DNA from: Acidimicrobiaceae bacterium
GTDB lineage: Bacteria > Actinomycetota > Acidimicrobiia > Acidimicrobiales > Bog-793
Direction: 5' to 3'
NCBI GenBank assembly: GCA_003139355.1
Contig: PLIM01000174.1
Span: 1 to 60,915 of the forward strand
Length of the DNA: 60,915 nucleotides
The notes under the pieces were generated by a model that saw only the letters and a program-made list of their open reading frames with translations, was not told the DNA's origin and searched no databases. Of the stretch, positions 8,764 through 17,579 are shown piece after piece (within the stretch, counting starts at the first letter, position 1; each line of letters begins with the position of its first letter). A program made the position numbers and the translations under genes.

Positions 8764-9750
8764 CTACAGGTGCTTGGGTCGGTACCCGGAGACCGCTTCC
8801 ACTGCCCGGGCCAGATACGGCTCGCTCTCGGCAAGTCGCTCCGCCGTCCAATGCTCTGGACTGTGCTCGAGGATCGACGCCAGTTCCCAATAGAAGTCAT
8901 AGTGTTCGCCGGTGAGGCGCTCGTAGGCGGCCAGGAACGTGTCAGCGGCTCCTTGACCGGACAGCACGACGAGATTTGCCCGGCAGTGGGCGATGTCGCA
9001 CCCCCGCGGGCCCCTGCATGCGTTCGCCCAGTCGACGACGCCGCACACGCGGCCTCTCGACCAGAGCACGTTGCCAGGGTGGAAGTCGCGGTGGATGAAC
9101 GCCGGGCGATACGACGGCATGGCGCTCGCCCGGAGTGCGATCGCCTCCTCCCAGAGTGCTGGCCGGCGCGTCGCTCGGGGAGGTTCGGACATGGTGCCCG
9201 CATACCACGGGAAGTAGTCGTGGCCGAACTTGCCGGGTTCGGCGTCGTGAATGGCCGCGGCCACCTCGGCGAGACTCAAGAGGTCCGGAACGGCGATTGC
9301 TAGGCCTGGGAGGAACGTCATCAAGACTGCCGGGATCCCGTCACCGACCTCCTGGCCCGTCACGTCGGCTGACACGACTCTCGGTGCCGGTAGGGCCTTC
9401 GCGTCGGCGAAGTGCAACGCGTCGAGCTCGCGGCGCGGCGCTACCGGTTCGTCTTTCAGGAAGCCGGGCCACACGTACCTGCGCAGCACGAGTCGCATGC
9501 CGCCGTCGAGGTAAAGGACGTGCACCGCGGTCGACGAGGCGCCTCGGAGCCGTCGCACCTGCACGATCCTGGCGCGAGCCTCGTGCTCGACCCACACCCG
9601 TACGTTCGTCGGGACCGTCGTTCTTCTCAGCTCGACGGGCAACGAAGCGAGCGCTCGCTGGTTGGGGTGCCGCCGGTACGTCGCCACGAAGGAGATTCTG
9701 TCCGCTGGCGCACAGGAGGGAGCGGCGCGTCCAGATGGCAACGAGCGCAA
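8764..9750 (-). CDS. Aminoglycoside/choline-kinase-type phosphotransferase family protein
   Basis: Catalytic loop FIHRDFHPGNVLW and metal-binding VVDWANA. The exact start is uncertain. Confidence 0.8.
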   Translation of the reverse strand: MRSLPSGRAAPSCAPADRISFVATYRRHPNQRALASLPVELRRTTVPTNVRVWVEHEARARIVQVRRLRGASSTAVHVLYLDGGMRLVLRRYVWPGFLKDEPVAPRRELDALHFADAKALPAPRVVSADVTGQEVGDGIPAVLMTFLPGLAIAVPDLLSLAEVAAAIHDAEPGKFGHDYFPWYAGTMSEPPRATRRPALWEEAIALRASAMPSYRPAFIHRDFHPGNVLWSRGRVCGVVDWANACRGPRGCDIAHCRANLVVLSGQGAADTFLAAYERLTGEHYDFYWELASILEHSPEHWTAERLAESEPYLARAVEAVSGYRPKHL

Positions 9751-10300
9751 GCCCGTCCACCGTTGCCATCGATGGAGGTGTGACTTGACCCCAGAAGAGT
9801 CATGGGGAAGAGAGGGCTACCTCCCAGGCCGTGCCAGGTGGCCGAGAGCGCAAGATCCGGAGTCAGGGCATCGAAGACCGTTCGTGGTGCCCCAGTCAAG
9901 CGGTCCAAGCTGCTGGCTCGTAGAGGAACGGTACTGTTGGGCACATGTTCGGACGGGTGCACCTTGTCGAGCGGCGCTGCAGTGCGTGCGGTACGGCATG
10001 GCTGCGCACAAGTCAGCAGGCGCATTTCTCCCATGTTCGTGCGTGCCGTGCCAGAGGCCCAGGGATCGGGTCAATGGGGCAGATGCCGGCCCTCGAGGAG
10101 AGCGTGCTCGCACTCTCGGCATCGGGATCACAGCTGACATCGGAGACAGGTGAGCAGCTGGCGGTCCGCTCCGCGCTGCGAAGCCGCGCGAAATGTCAGT
10201 CGGAGCAGTTCACCGATCGCAAGGTCACCAGAGCGAATCCTGCGTCGCCGGACGCCTCCCGCGCTGAGCTGCCCTGAGGCAACCGGCAGGCTGAAGCCGT

Positions 10301-10696
10301 TTGGCCGCACATCAGGTCGACTGCCGAACGCGCAAGGCGAGGGCGGTGACAGACCTCGCCGCCGTTCTTCTCTTCGTGGGCATTGGCCGGGCCGTCCACG
10401 CTCATGGGCTCGGCGTCGCCGGGTTGGCCTCGACCGCGTGGCCGTTCTCGTCAGGTCTGGCTGCCGGCTGGCTAGCGCTGGCTGCTTGTCGGCGCGGTGG
10501 GGCATCCTTCTTGGACGGCCTGGTCGTGTGGATCTCGACTGTGGCGCTAGGAATGGCCCTACGGGTGATCTCCGGTCAGGGGATCGCCGTGGGCTTCGTC
10601 CTTGTGGCATTGGGCTTCCTCGGGGCCACAATGCTCGGATGGCGGCTAGTGATGGCAGGCCTCCGGCGTCGGCGACTGGAGCGTCGGACCTCTTGA
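10301..10696 (+). CDS. Small 4-TM membrane protein (DUF3054-like)
   Basis: DLAAVLLFVGIGRAVHAHG...TAWPFSSGLAAGW matches the DUF3054 pattern from memory. Hydrophobic throughout. Confidence 0.55.
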   Translation: MAAHQVDCRTRKARAVTDLAAVLLFVGIGRAVHAHGLGVAGLASTAWPFSSGLAAGWLALAACRRGGASFLDGLVVWISTVALGMALRVISGQGIAVGFVLVALGFLGATMLGWRLVMAGLRRRRLERRTS

Positions 10697-10787
10697 GGCC
10701 AGGTCGTGTCGTACTGCACCTGGGATCAGCTGACCGGGTGCCGCGGCCCGTCCCCGTCTGCGCCCTATCGGGTCCGGGCCCTGTCGC

Positions 10788-12284
10788 TCAGATCTTGGAC
10801 TTGATGAGGCTTGCCATGGCTTGGGCCCCCGCTCCGCCGATCGGCATGTGAATGCCGTCGGAGTAGAACCACTGCGGGTTCTTGTCGGCCAGCTTGTTGA
10901 AGTCGGCGAGCCGGTCTCGCGCGTAGTGCGGGACGCCTTGCTCGAGGGTGGCGTTCACCGAGCTTGACCACGTGTAGTACGAGGGAAGATGCACAGTCAC
11001 GAACACCACCCGGGAAGCGCCGGAGAGGACGTCCATCATGTTGGTGAATTGCTGCTGGCTTACCGGGCCATTGGTGCCGAGGTCGATCACGACGATCGCC
11101 CCGAGGCGGTTCTCGGACTTGAGCTGTTGGGCAATCGTGATGCCGTCGTCCCATTGGCGGCTGACGGCCGCCTCGACGTCTATCCCGGGGATATCGCTTT
11201 CGAGGGCGGGCTGTGCATCGATCATCACTGAGTCGCCAATCGAGGTGACATGGCCCGCAACGAAGCCTTTGCCCGGGGCCGGAAGTCCCACGGGAGGCGC
11301 AGGGATCGTCGGCAGCAGCCAGTAGCCCCGGCCGTCCGGTGTGGCCGCCATGGCGACGATCGGGCTCTTTCGGACCGCAGGCGAGGCCGAGCCGTAGAAG
11401 CGGGCGTCTCCATAGTGGAAGACCCGGCCGTTGGACGCGACGAGCCAGTAGCCCCGGCCGTCCGGAGTGGCCGCCATGGCGACGATCGGAGTGCTGAGAG
11501 GCAGACCCCTGACCGAGCCGTAGAAGTGGGCGTCTCCATAGTGGAAGACCCTGCCGTTGGACGTGACGAGCCAGTAGCCCCCGGCGTCCGGGATAGCCAT
11601 GGCGACGATGTGGTGGCTGAGGATCTCACCGGCTGCCGAGCCGTAGAAGTGGGCTTCGCCATAGTGGAAGACCCGGCCGTTGGACGCGACGAGCCAGTAG
11701 CCCCCGCCGTCCGGAGTGGCGGCCATGGCGACAATCGGAGTGCTGAGAGGCAGGCCCCTGACCGAGCCGTGGAACCTGGCGTCACCGAAGCTGAAGACGC
11801 CGCCGTTGCTGCACGCCAGCCAGTAGCCACCGCCGTTGTTGGTCTCGACGATCGTGGCGACGCGGTCCTTGATCCGAGCAACGATCGAGCCATGGAACCT
11901 GGCGTCACCGAATCTGAGCACCCTGCCGCTGGCAGTCGCGAGCAAGTAGCCACGCCCACTGGAGCTGGCGGCCATGCCGATCACCCCGGAACCGATGTCC
12001 TTGTGCGCGACGGCGCCGAAGTAGCGCGCCGTGCCAAAGGGGATCGGCTCTCCGGCGACATCTTGGACGCTTCGCAGTACGCGAACCGACTGAAGCGAGG
12101 CAGGTCCACTGATCGGCAGGTTGACGAGGCCAGCGGCCGGCTGTCCGGAGGCCTGCGTTCCGGCGGCCGGCCGTCCGGTTGAGCACGCGGCAGAGCCGAC
12201 GAGAACGGCAGCCACGACGCCGAGGACAGCGACTGGCCCGGCCGAAGCCCGACGGTATGTTCGAGGTGCTTGCTGGTCCGCCAT
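10788..12284 (-). CDS. Exported protein: six ~41-aa repeats fused to a C-terminal SGNH/GDSL-like hydrolase domain
   Basis: N-terminal hydrophobic anchor ending GSAAC. Repeats follow the pattern GYWLVASNGRVFHYGDARFYGS. The C-terminus has SIGDSVMIDA ... VIDLGTNG ... SDGIH, consistent with SGNH blocks. Confidence 0.75.
   Translation of the reverse strand: MADQQAPRTYRRASAGPVAVLGVVAAVLVGSAACSTGRPAAGTQASGQPAAGLVNLPISGPASLQSVRVLRSVQDVAGEPIPFGTARYFGAVAHKDIGSGVIGMAASSSGRGYLLATASGRVLRFGDARFHGSIVARIKDRVATIVETNNGGGYWLACSNGGVFSFGDARFHGSVRGLPLSTPIVAMAATPDGGGYWLVASNGRVFHYGEAHFYGSAAGEILSHHIVAMAIPDAGGYWLVTSNGRVFHYGDAHFYGSVRGLPLSTPIVAMAATPDGRGYWLVASNGRVFHYGDARFYGSASPAVRKSPIVAMAATPDGRGYWLLPTIPAPPVGLPAPGKGFVAGHVTSIGDSVMIDAQPALESDIPGIDVEAAVSRQWDDGITIAQQLKSENRLGAIVVIDLGTNGPVSQQQFTNMMDVLSGASRVVFVTVHLPSYYTWSSSVNATLEQGVPHYARDRLADFNKLADKNPQWFYSDGIHMPIGGAGAQAMASLIKSKI
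11313..12047. repeat. Coding tandem repeats (~123-126 bp unit, about six copies)
   Basis: Six copies of the [FY]G.A.[FY].G motif, in FGTARYFG, RFGDARFHG, SFGDARFHG, HYGEAHFYG, HYGDAHFYG and HYGDARFYG. DNA 11461-11520 closely matches 11710-11769 (offset 249 bp). Confidence 0.8.
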
Positions 12285-12321
12285 CGTCCGAGACGATAGT
12301 CACTCTGACTGCGGCCATCGC

Positions 12322-14211
12322 TCAGCCGCCGGCGTAGAGCTCGGTGATCGCCTCAGCGTGGTGCTCGTACACGATGCTTCGTTTGACCTTCATCGTTGGG
12401 GTCAGTTCCCCGTCCTCAGCTGTCAGGACGTGGGCCAGCACGCGGAACTTGCGAACGCCTTCGGCGCGTGACCGCTTGGCGTTCACCTGATCGACGGTCG
12501 CCTGGATCTCGGCGAGCAGGTCGGGGTCAGCGGCTAGAGCTTCGAGATCGCCGAGCTTGGCGTGCTGTCGGGCCCAACGGGTGAGCGCATCGGGGTCGAG
12601 AGTGAGCAGGGCGGCAAGGTACCTTCGGCCCTCGCCGACGATGACCGCCTCGGAGATGAGCGGGTGGTTCGTCAGGTCGACCTCTATGCCCTCGGGGGCG
12701 ATGTTCTCGCCGGCGGCGGTGATGATGATGTCTTTCTTTCGGCCGAGGACACGCAGAGACCCGTCGGCGTCGAAAGCTCCCGTGTCGCCGGTATGCATCC
12801 AACCGTCGGCGTCGATGAGCTCGGCCGTGGCCTCAGGGTCGTTGAGGTAGCCGAGGCACACGTTGCCGCCTTTGAGCAGGATCTCGTCGTCATCGGCAAT
12901 CGTGACGCTCATACCCGGCAGCGCGGTGCCAACGGTGCCTATGCGGACTTGACCGAATCGATTGGCGGTCGTTGGCCCACAGCCCTCGGTCTGGCCGTAC
13001 AGCTGGAGCAGGGGCAGCCCGATGGCGTGGAACCAGCGGATGAGCTCGGGGTGGGCGGGTGCCGCGGTCGTGATCAGAACCTGTGCCCGGTCGAGGCCGA
13101 GCAGTTGGCGAAGGATCGACCCGAGTGTCAGGTCCAGGGTTCGGTAGAGGGCGAGCGTCGACCTGGTAACCGGCGTGCCATCCTGCTCACAAGCCACATT
13201 GCGCAGGCCGAGGCTGATATAGCGCTGCACAGCTGCACGGACCGGGAGCGCCTGGGCCCGCACGTGGCTTTCCACAGTTTCGCGGAGCTTCTCCCACACC
13301 CGGGGCACGGCCAAGAACACGGTCGGCCGACATGCCGGCAGGTCTTCGGCGACCGTGGCAAGGTTGCGGGCAAACCAGGTCTCGCCGGCCACGGCTATCG
13401 GCATGAAGTCGCTCATCATCCGCTCGGCGATGTGGCTGAGCGGCAGGAACGACAGGAGGCGATCGCCCTCGCCGATGTTGTAGACAGGGGTGACGTTGCG
13501 CAGCACCCACATGATGTTCGCGTGACTGAGCATGGTCCCCTTGGGAGGGCCGGCAGTGCCGCTCGTGTAGACGATTGTCGCGAGATCCTCGGGCCGGACG
13601 CGACGAGACCGCTCGTCGACAGCATCGGGATCGCGCTTCAGCCGGTCGGCACCGGCGCCCCGGAGCGCGTCGAAGCCGACGACGAACGAGTCGCCGGCAC
13701 GCCGGGCGCCGCCCGCGATTATGATCCGCTTCAGGGCGGGCAACTGGCCGCGAATCTCGATGAGCTTGCCCAGCTGTGCTCGGTTGTCCACGAAGCACAC
13801 CTCGACCTCGGCGTGGCCGAGGATGTAGGCGATCTGAGACGGTGCGCTCGTCGGGTATATGGGCACCGTCACACTCCCGTTGAGAAGTGTCCCAAGGTCC
13901 GCGAGATGCCATTCCACCCGATTGGCCGACAAGATCGCGACCCGCTCGCCGACGCCGACGCCGAGGTCGGCCAGCCCCCCGGCGATCTGGCGGGCCGCCA
14001 GTAGATACTCCGCCCAGGTGAGGACTTTCCACTCCCCCTGGGTGGGACGCTCGGCCGGGCAGTGTCGCATCGCGGGGCGGTCTGGGAGGCGCCGCCCGTT
14101 CGCGATCAACGCCTCAACGATCGTGGCACCCTGCTCGGCCGGTACCCCGATCGTTCGCCTCCCGGTCTTCACGGGATTGCCCCGATTGGGCCGAAGGGGC
14201 ATCACGCGCAT
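12322..14211 (-). CDS. Long-chain fatty-acid--CoA ligase (AMP-dependent synthetase, FadD15-like)
   Basis: AMP-binding motif IVYTSGTAGPPKGTMLSH, and also YGQTEG and GDTG...GRKKDII. The ORF opens at 14304, but ATG 14211 or 14202 is more plausible. Confidence 0.9.
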   Translation of the reverse strand: MRVMPLRPNRGNPVKTGRRTIGVPAEQGATIVEALIANGRRLPDRPAMRHCPAERPTQGEWKVLTWAEYLLAARQIAGGLADLGVGVGERVAILSANRVEWHLADLGTLLNGSVTVPIYPTSAPSQIAYILGHAEVEVCFVDNRAQLGKLIEIRGQLPALKRIIIAGGARRAGDSFVVGFDALRGAGADRLKRDPDAVDERSRRVRPEDLATIVYTSGTAGPPKGTMLSHANIMWVLRNVTPVYNIGEGDRLLSFLPLSHIAERMMSDFMPIAVAGETWFARNLATVAEDLPACRPTVFLAVPRVWEKLRETVESHVRAQALPVRAAVQRYISLGLRNVACEQDGTPVTRSTLALYRTLDLTLGSILRQLLGLDRAQVLITTAAPAHPELIRWFHAIGLPLLQLYGQTEGCGPTTANRFGQVRIGTVGTALPGMSVTIADDDEILLKGGNVCLGYLNDPEATAELIDADGWMHTGDTGAFDADGSLRVLGRKKDIIITAAGENIAPEGIEVDLTNHPLISEAVIVGEGRRYLAALLTLDPDALTRWARQHAKLGDLEALAADPDLLAEIQATVDQVNAKRSRAEGVRKFRVLAHVLTAEDGELTPTMKVKRSIVYEHHAEAITELYAGG

Positions 14212-14357
14212 CGACCCATCATGACGATCCCGGGGGTTGGCATCAGACCCAGAAGGCTTCTTCAACCGCCGAAAGGGGTTCTGCGACCCTGGTGGTGTTC
14301 TCATGCCGCTCCGATGGCTTCACGTCGGAGCCCACTCATCGTGAGCCCGTTGGATGG

Positions 14358-15422
14358 TCAGTCGTAGTTCCTGCAGTCCGTGGCCGCCCTGCAGTTGGAG
14401 TAGTCCCTTGTCACCACCGTATTGACGTCATTGACGATCGTCGTGTCGGTCGTGATGATGCCGAGCTCGCGGTTGCGGTCCATCGAGGCGCTCGAGAAGT
14501 TGATGCTCCCGACGTAGATCCTCCGAGTGCCGAAGCCGGCGTCGGCGATAGTCGTCTTCGCATGGATGTACAGGTCCGACGAGCTGTCCTTGTAGAGATG
14601 CACGTGGCCCCCGGCACGGACGATCGCGGTCCAGTCGCTGTCGTAGGAGCTGTTCTCGGTCATCGTGACTTCGACCTTTACGCCGCGCGCAGCTGCGGCG
14701 ACGATCGCGCTCGTGACAGTCGAGTCGCCCATCTCTTCGTTCTCGATCGAAAGCGTGTGTTTGGCCCCGGCGACCACTGCGAGCATCCGGGCCTGCGAGC
14801 CAGGGCTCCAGACGAGGTCCTTGCCGTTTGGAGGCCTGATGGGCCTGTGAACGAAGTCCGCGTTGAAGACGGCTTCGATAGCCGCGACGTCCTCCGGGTT
14901 GGTGTCCCAGACGCCGAAGTCGCGAGTCGTCGTGTAGTACTCGTAGGTGAGATTGGCAGTCAGGATGAGCGACCTGGCGCCGTCGACCGTGATGGTCTTC
15001 TGGTGCGTCGCCTCGTAATCGGTGTCGGCCCACACGACCTTCACGCCGCCTGCCTTCAGGGCTTCGAAGGCTGGCTCGTTGCGGCTCCTCTCGCGGTTGG
15101 TGTCGAGGATGACGCGTACCTTCACGCGGCGCCTCTGATCTGCGACGAGATCGTTCACCATGCTCGGGTCGATGAGCTCGTACATGGTGAGGTCGACCGA
15201 CTTCCTTGCCGACAGCACGAACTGGTAGACCGGCTTCATCCCGGCGGTGGAGCCGAGCTTGGAGGGCTCCACGATCACCCCGGCGACGCTCGACGCAGCC
15301 TGTGTGCGCGCATGGCCTGCCGATTCCGGCACCACTGCTCCGGCGGCGGTTACCAGTGTCAAGACGGTCGAAGCAACAAGGACAAGGAGGCCGACGCGTC
15401 GGCACGCGGCTACAAGAGACAT
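14358..15422 (-). CDS. Secreted phospholipase-D-superfamily protein (two HKD motifs)
   Basis: Signal-like N-terminus MSLVAACRRVGLLVLVASTVLTLVTAAGA. HKD motifs THQKTITVDG and IHAKTTIADAG...GSINFS. Confidence 0.85.
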   Translation of the reverse strand: MSLVAACRRVGLLVLVASTVLTLVTAAGAVVPESAGHARTQAASSVAGVIVEPSKLGSTAGMKPVYQFVLSARKSVDLTMYELIDPSMVNDLVADQRRRVKVRVILDTNRERSRNEPAFEALKAGGVKVVWADTDYEATHQKTITVDGARSLILTANLTYEYYTTTRDFGVWDTNPEDVAAIEAVFNADFVHRPIRPPNGKDLVWSPGSQARMLAVVAGAKHTLSIENEEMGDSTVTSAIVAAAARGVKVEVTMTENSSYDSDWTAIVRAGGHVHLYKDSSSDLYIHAKTTIADAGFGTRRIYVGSINFSSASMDRNRELGIITTDTTIVNDVNTVVTRDYSNCRAATDCRNYD

Positions 15423-15473
15423 TCTTGGTCAACTCCCAGCTAACTGTTCACAGGCAGTCACCAGCATGGCCGA

Positions 15474-16007
15474 TCAGTCGCCCACCGCGCCGTCGATGCA
15501 TTCGCGGATCAGGTCGGCATGGCCGTTATGCCGCGCGTACTCCTCGATCATGTGCACGTAGATCCAGCGGATGTTGCGCGTTTGCCCAGGATCGTGGCCA
15601 CGGCTCGGTATCACGTCGTCGAGCTCCTTGTCGCGCACGGCGTCGCGTGCTGACTCGACTTCTCTCCGGAAGGTCTCGAGGTCGTCCCCCGCGTCGGCAT
15701 CGTCGAGGTCGTCGAAGTCGGCGTTCTCGTTGTCGTCGCTGCGGTACTCCGGGCCGATCTGCTCGTTGCCGGCGTACATACGGAACCACCAGCGCTCGAC
15801 CTCGACCATGTGGCGGACCAGGCCGAGCAACGACAAGCCGGATGGCCGTACCGACCGGGCCTTCAGCTGCTCAGCGTTGAGGCCGGCACACTTCATCAGC
15901 AGCGTCTCGCGATGGAAGTTCAGCCACTGTTCGAGCGACTCACGCTCGCCGGCAGTGCGGGCGGGCTCTGTGCGCTCGACGGTCGGAGCGGTCCACGTGG
16001 TTGTCAT
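15474..16007 (-). CDS. DinB/DUF664-family protein (mycothiol-transferase-like fold)
   Basis: ERESLEQWLNFHRETLLMKCAGLNAEQL...LLGLVRHMVEVERWWF...YARHNGHADLIRE. Confidence 0.8.
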   Translation of the reverse strand: MTTTWTAPTVERTEPARTAGERESLEQWLNFHRETLLMKCAGLNAEQLKARSVRPSGLSLLGLVRHMVEVERWWFRMYAGNEQIGPEYRSDDNENADFDDLDDADAGDDLETFRREVESARDAVRDKELDDVIPSRGHDPGQTRNIRWIYVHMIEEYARHNGHADLIRECIDGAVGD

Positions 16008-16140
16008 GGTGTCGGACGCTAGCGGTCGCCCGACGAGCGCAGCCGGCCAGCTGCCGCACGGGACATCCCCCGGCGTGCACGCCGACCCGGCGTCGGTCTC
16101 GTTGCTGCGGCATCATGCATTGAGCGAAACAGGAGGAGAG

Positions 16141-16584
16141 ATGCCGAACGACCTAGATCACGTCCGGAGACTTGCCGGAGAGGACTCGCTGGCCGTTGTC
16201 ACCACGATCCGGTCCGACGGGACCATCCATGCATCTGTAGTCAACGCTGGGGTCATCGACGACCCGGTCACCGGGGATGCTTGCATCGGCTTGGTCGCGC
16301 GTGGAGCCTCGCGCAAGCTTGAGCACCTGCGCGGCAGTGGCAGGGCGGCGGCCGTGTTCCGGCACGGCGCTGACTGGGTCGCGGTGGAAGGTCCAGCCCG
16401 GCTCGTAGGACCCCAGGACAGGCCCGAGAACTTCGGCGCTGCACAGCTTGCGAGGTTGCTCCGGAACGTCTTTGTCGCTGCGGGTGGCACTCACCAGGAT
16501 TGGGACGAGTTCGACCGGGTCATGGAAGCGGAGGGGCGGACAGCAGTGTTCGTCACGCCCGAACGGATAAGCGGCAACAGCTGA
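16141..16584 (+). CDS. PPOX-class (pyridoxamine-5-phosphate-oxidase fold) probable F420-dependent enzyme
   Basis: MPNDLDHVRRLAGEDSLAVVTTIRSDGTIHASVVNAG..., preceded by the RBS ggaggagag. The upstream part of ORF 15571..16584 is antisense to the DinB gene and was rejected. Confidence 0.75.
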   Translation: MPNDLDHVRRLAGEDSLAVVTTIRSDGTIHASVVNAGVIDDPVTGDACIGLVARGASRKLEHLRGSGRAAAVFRHGADWVAVEGPARLVGPQDRPENFGAAQLARLLRNVFVAAGGTHQDWDEFDRVMEAEGRTAVFVTPERISGNS

Positions 16585-16588
16585 CCGT

Positions 16589-17131
16589 TTACGGCTCAGC
16601 GTCCCCGGAGGGTCGCCAGCGGCGAACATGAGCCCTTTCGCTCCGCACGGCGAGACCACTGCCCACACATAGCACCACGATGGCGGCTCCCTCGACGACG
16701 AGCGAGGTCACCGCCCAAGGGGCGTTCATGTGTGACCAGTAGCCGGCAAGGCCGAAATGGACCGACACGAGCAACCCAGCGATGGTCCCGGCAGCAAAGA
16801 GAACTCCGAGCAACGCGATAGCGACACGCCTGATCACAGATATCAACAACGCGAACAGGATGCCGAAGACACCTTGTACGAAGAAAAGCGGACCGATCGT
16901 CTTGGTGTTCCTGTAGCCGCTCGCCCACAGGTTCAGATGGATGGCTGCGGACGCGATGAGCAACGCCGCTCCGGCGACGAGCACGAGGCTGACGATGGGC
17001 TCGGTCGGCGGACGCCCTGCGCCGATGAGTCGCCCGGTTCGGACTTTACGATCGACGGTCACGCTGCCTTCACGCATCCTCCAGGTGGCTACGTGCGCGA
17101 ATGATACCGGGACTGTGCCCAGATGGTACAA
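16589..17131 (-). CDS. Hypothetical 4-TM membrane protein
   Basis: Four hydrophobic spans (IVSLVLVAGAALLIASAAI, LFFVQGVFGILFALLISVI, etc.). The start is uncertain (TTG 17131 or ATG 17077). It is divergent from hypC. Confidence 0.5.
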   Translation of the reverse strand: MYHLGTVPVSFAHVATWRMREGSVTVDRKVRTGRLIGAGRPPTEPIVSLVLVAGAALLIASAAIHLNLWASGYRNTKTIGPLFFVQGVFGILFALLISVIRRVAIALLGVLFAAGTIAGLLVSVHFGLAGYWSHMNAPWAVTSLVVEGAAIVVLCVGSGLAVRSERAHVRRWRPSGDAEP

Positions 17132-17211
17132 GGGTAACCTCGTTGAGGACAGGGCCGTGACGATCTGACCCTCGAGCTCATCGGGTGTCGGGTCTAGAGG
17201 AGGAAAGAGCC

Positions 17212-17484
17212 ATGTGTCTTGGGATCCCCGGTGAGGTGGTCGAGCTTCTCGACTCCAATCGACACTTGGCGAAGGTCGATGTCGCCGGTGTGCGTCGCAG
17301 CATCAACATCGACCTCCTGGAGGACGAGAGTGTGGCGCCGGGCGACTGGGTGCTCATCCATGTCGGCTTCGCTATGGCCAAGATCGACGAGTCAGAGGCT
17401 CAGCGAACGCTCGAGGGCCTGCAGCTGATGGGTCAGGCCTACACCGACGAGGTTCGGGCAGTCCTCGAGTCGCGAATCGCGTAA
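17212..17484 (+). CDS. hypC: Hydrogenase maturation chaperone HypC/HybG/HupF
   Basis: Starts MCLGIPGEVVEL (essential N-terminal Cys) and contains GDWVLIHVGFA. The RBS ggagg lies upstream. Confidence 0.9.
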   Translation: MCLGIPGEVVELLDSNRHLAKVDVAGVRRSINIDLLEDESVAPGDWVLIHVGFAMAKIDESEAQRTLEGLQLMGQAYTDEVRAVLESRIA

Positions 17485-17579
17485 CGGCGGCGAAACGGGG
17501 GCAGTTACTTCAGCAGCCGCCGCGATCGACGTGGGTTTCACGTCGACGCGGTGTCGCCTGCGGCAGAGAGAGGAACACG

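Noticed and set aside
9781-10300. Known ncRNA in the 550-bp gap (SRP RNA, RNase P, tmRNA, or a cobalamin, guanidine-I or ZTP riboswitch).
   Set aside because: Short similarities such as ggccgagag and tccggagtcaggg are out of order or out of context relative to the consensus cores. No full motif could be assembled.
561-12047. CRISPR-like or intergenic repeat arrays.
   Set aside because: All tandem repeats found are in-frame coding repeats. They are at 561-1456, 11313-12047, 2666-2689 and 46544-46579, plus the GCT-rich poly-Ala tract around 33800-33840. No repeat-spacer architecture and no cas genes are present.
12562-14004. Long ORFs antisense to, or out of frame with, confident genes. Examples are 12562..14004 (480 aa) and 14292..15443 (383 aa). 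Others are 17625..18671, 25540..26652, 41121..42167 and 48981..50276. Still others are 53968..55179, 58339..59502 and 59509..60750, plus many 60-200-aa ORFs.
   Set aside because: These are typical high-GC shadow frames. They are Arg/Pro/Gly/His-rich, have no recognisable motifs, and each fully overlaps a gene with strong family signatures on the other strand or frame.
15571-16140. N-terminal 190 codons of the 337-aa ORF 15571..16584.
   Set aside because: This stretch is antisense to the DinB-family gene and Ser/Arg-rich. The real PPOX-like gene starts at ATG 16141, which is preceded by a good RBS.
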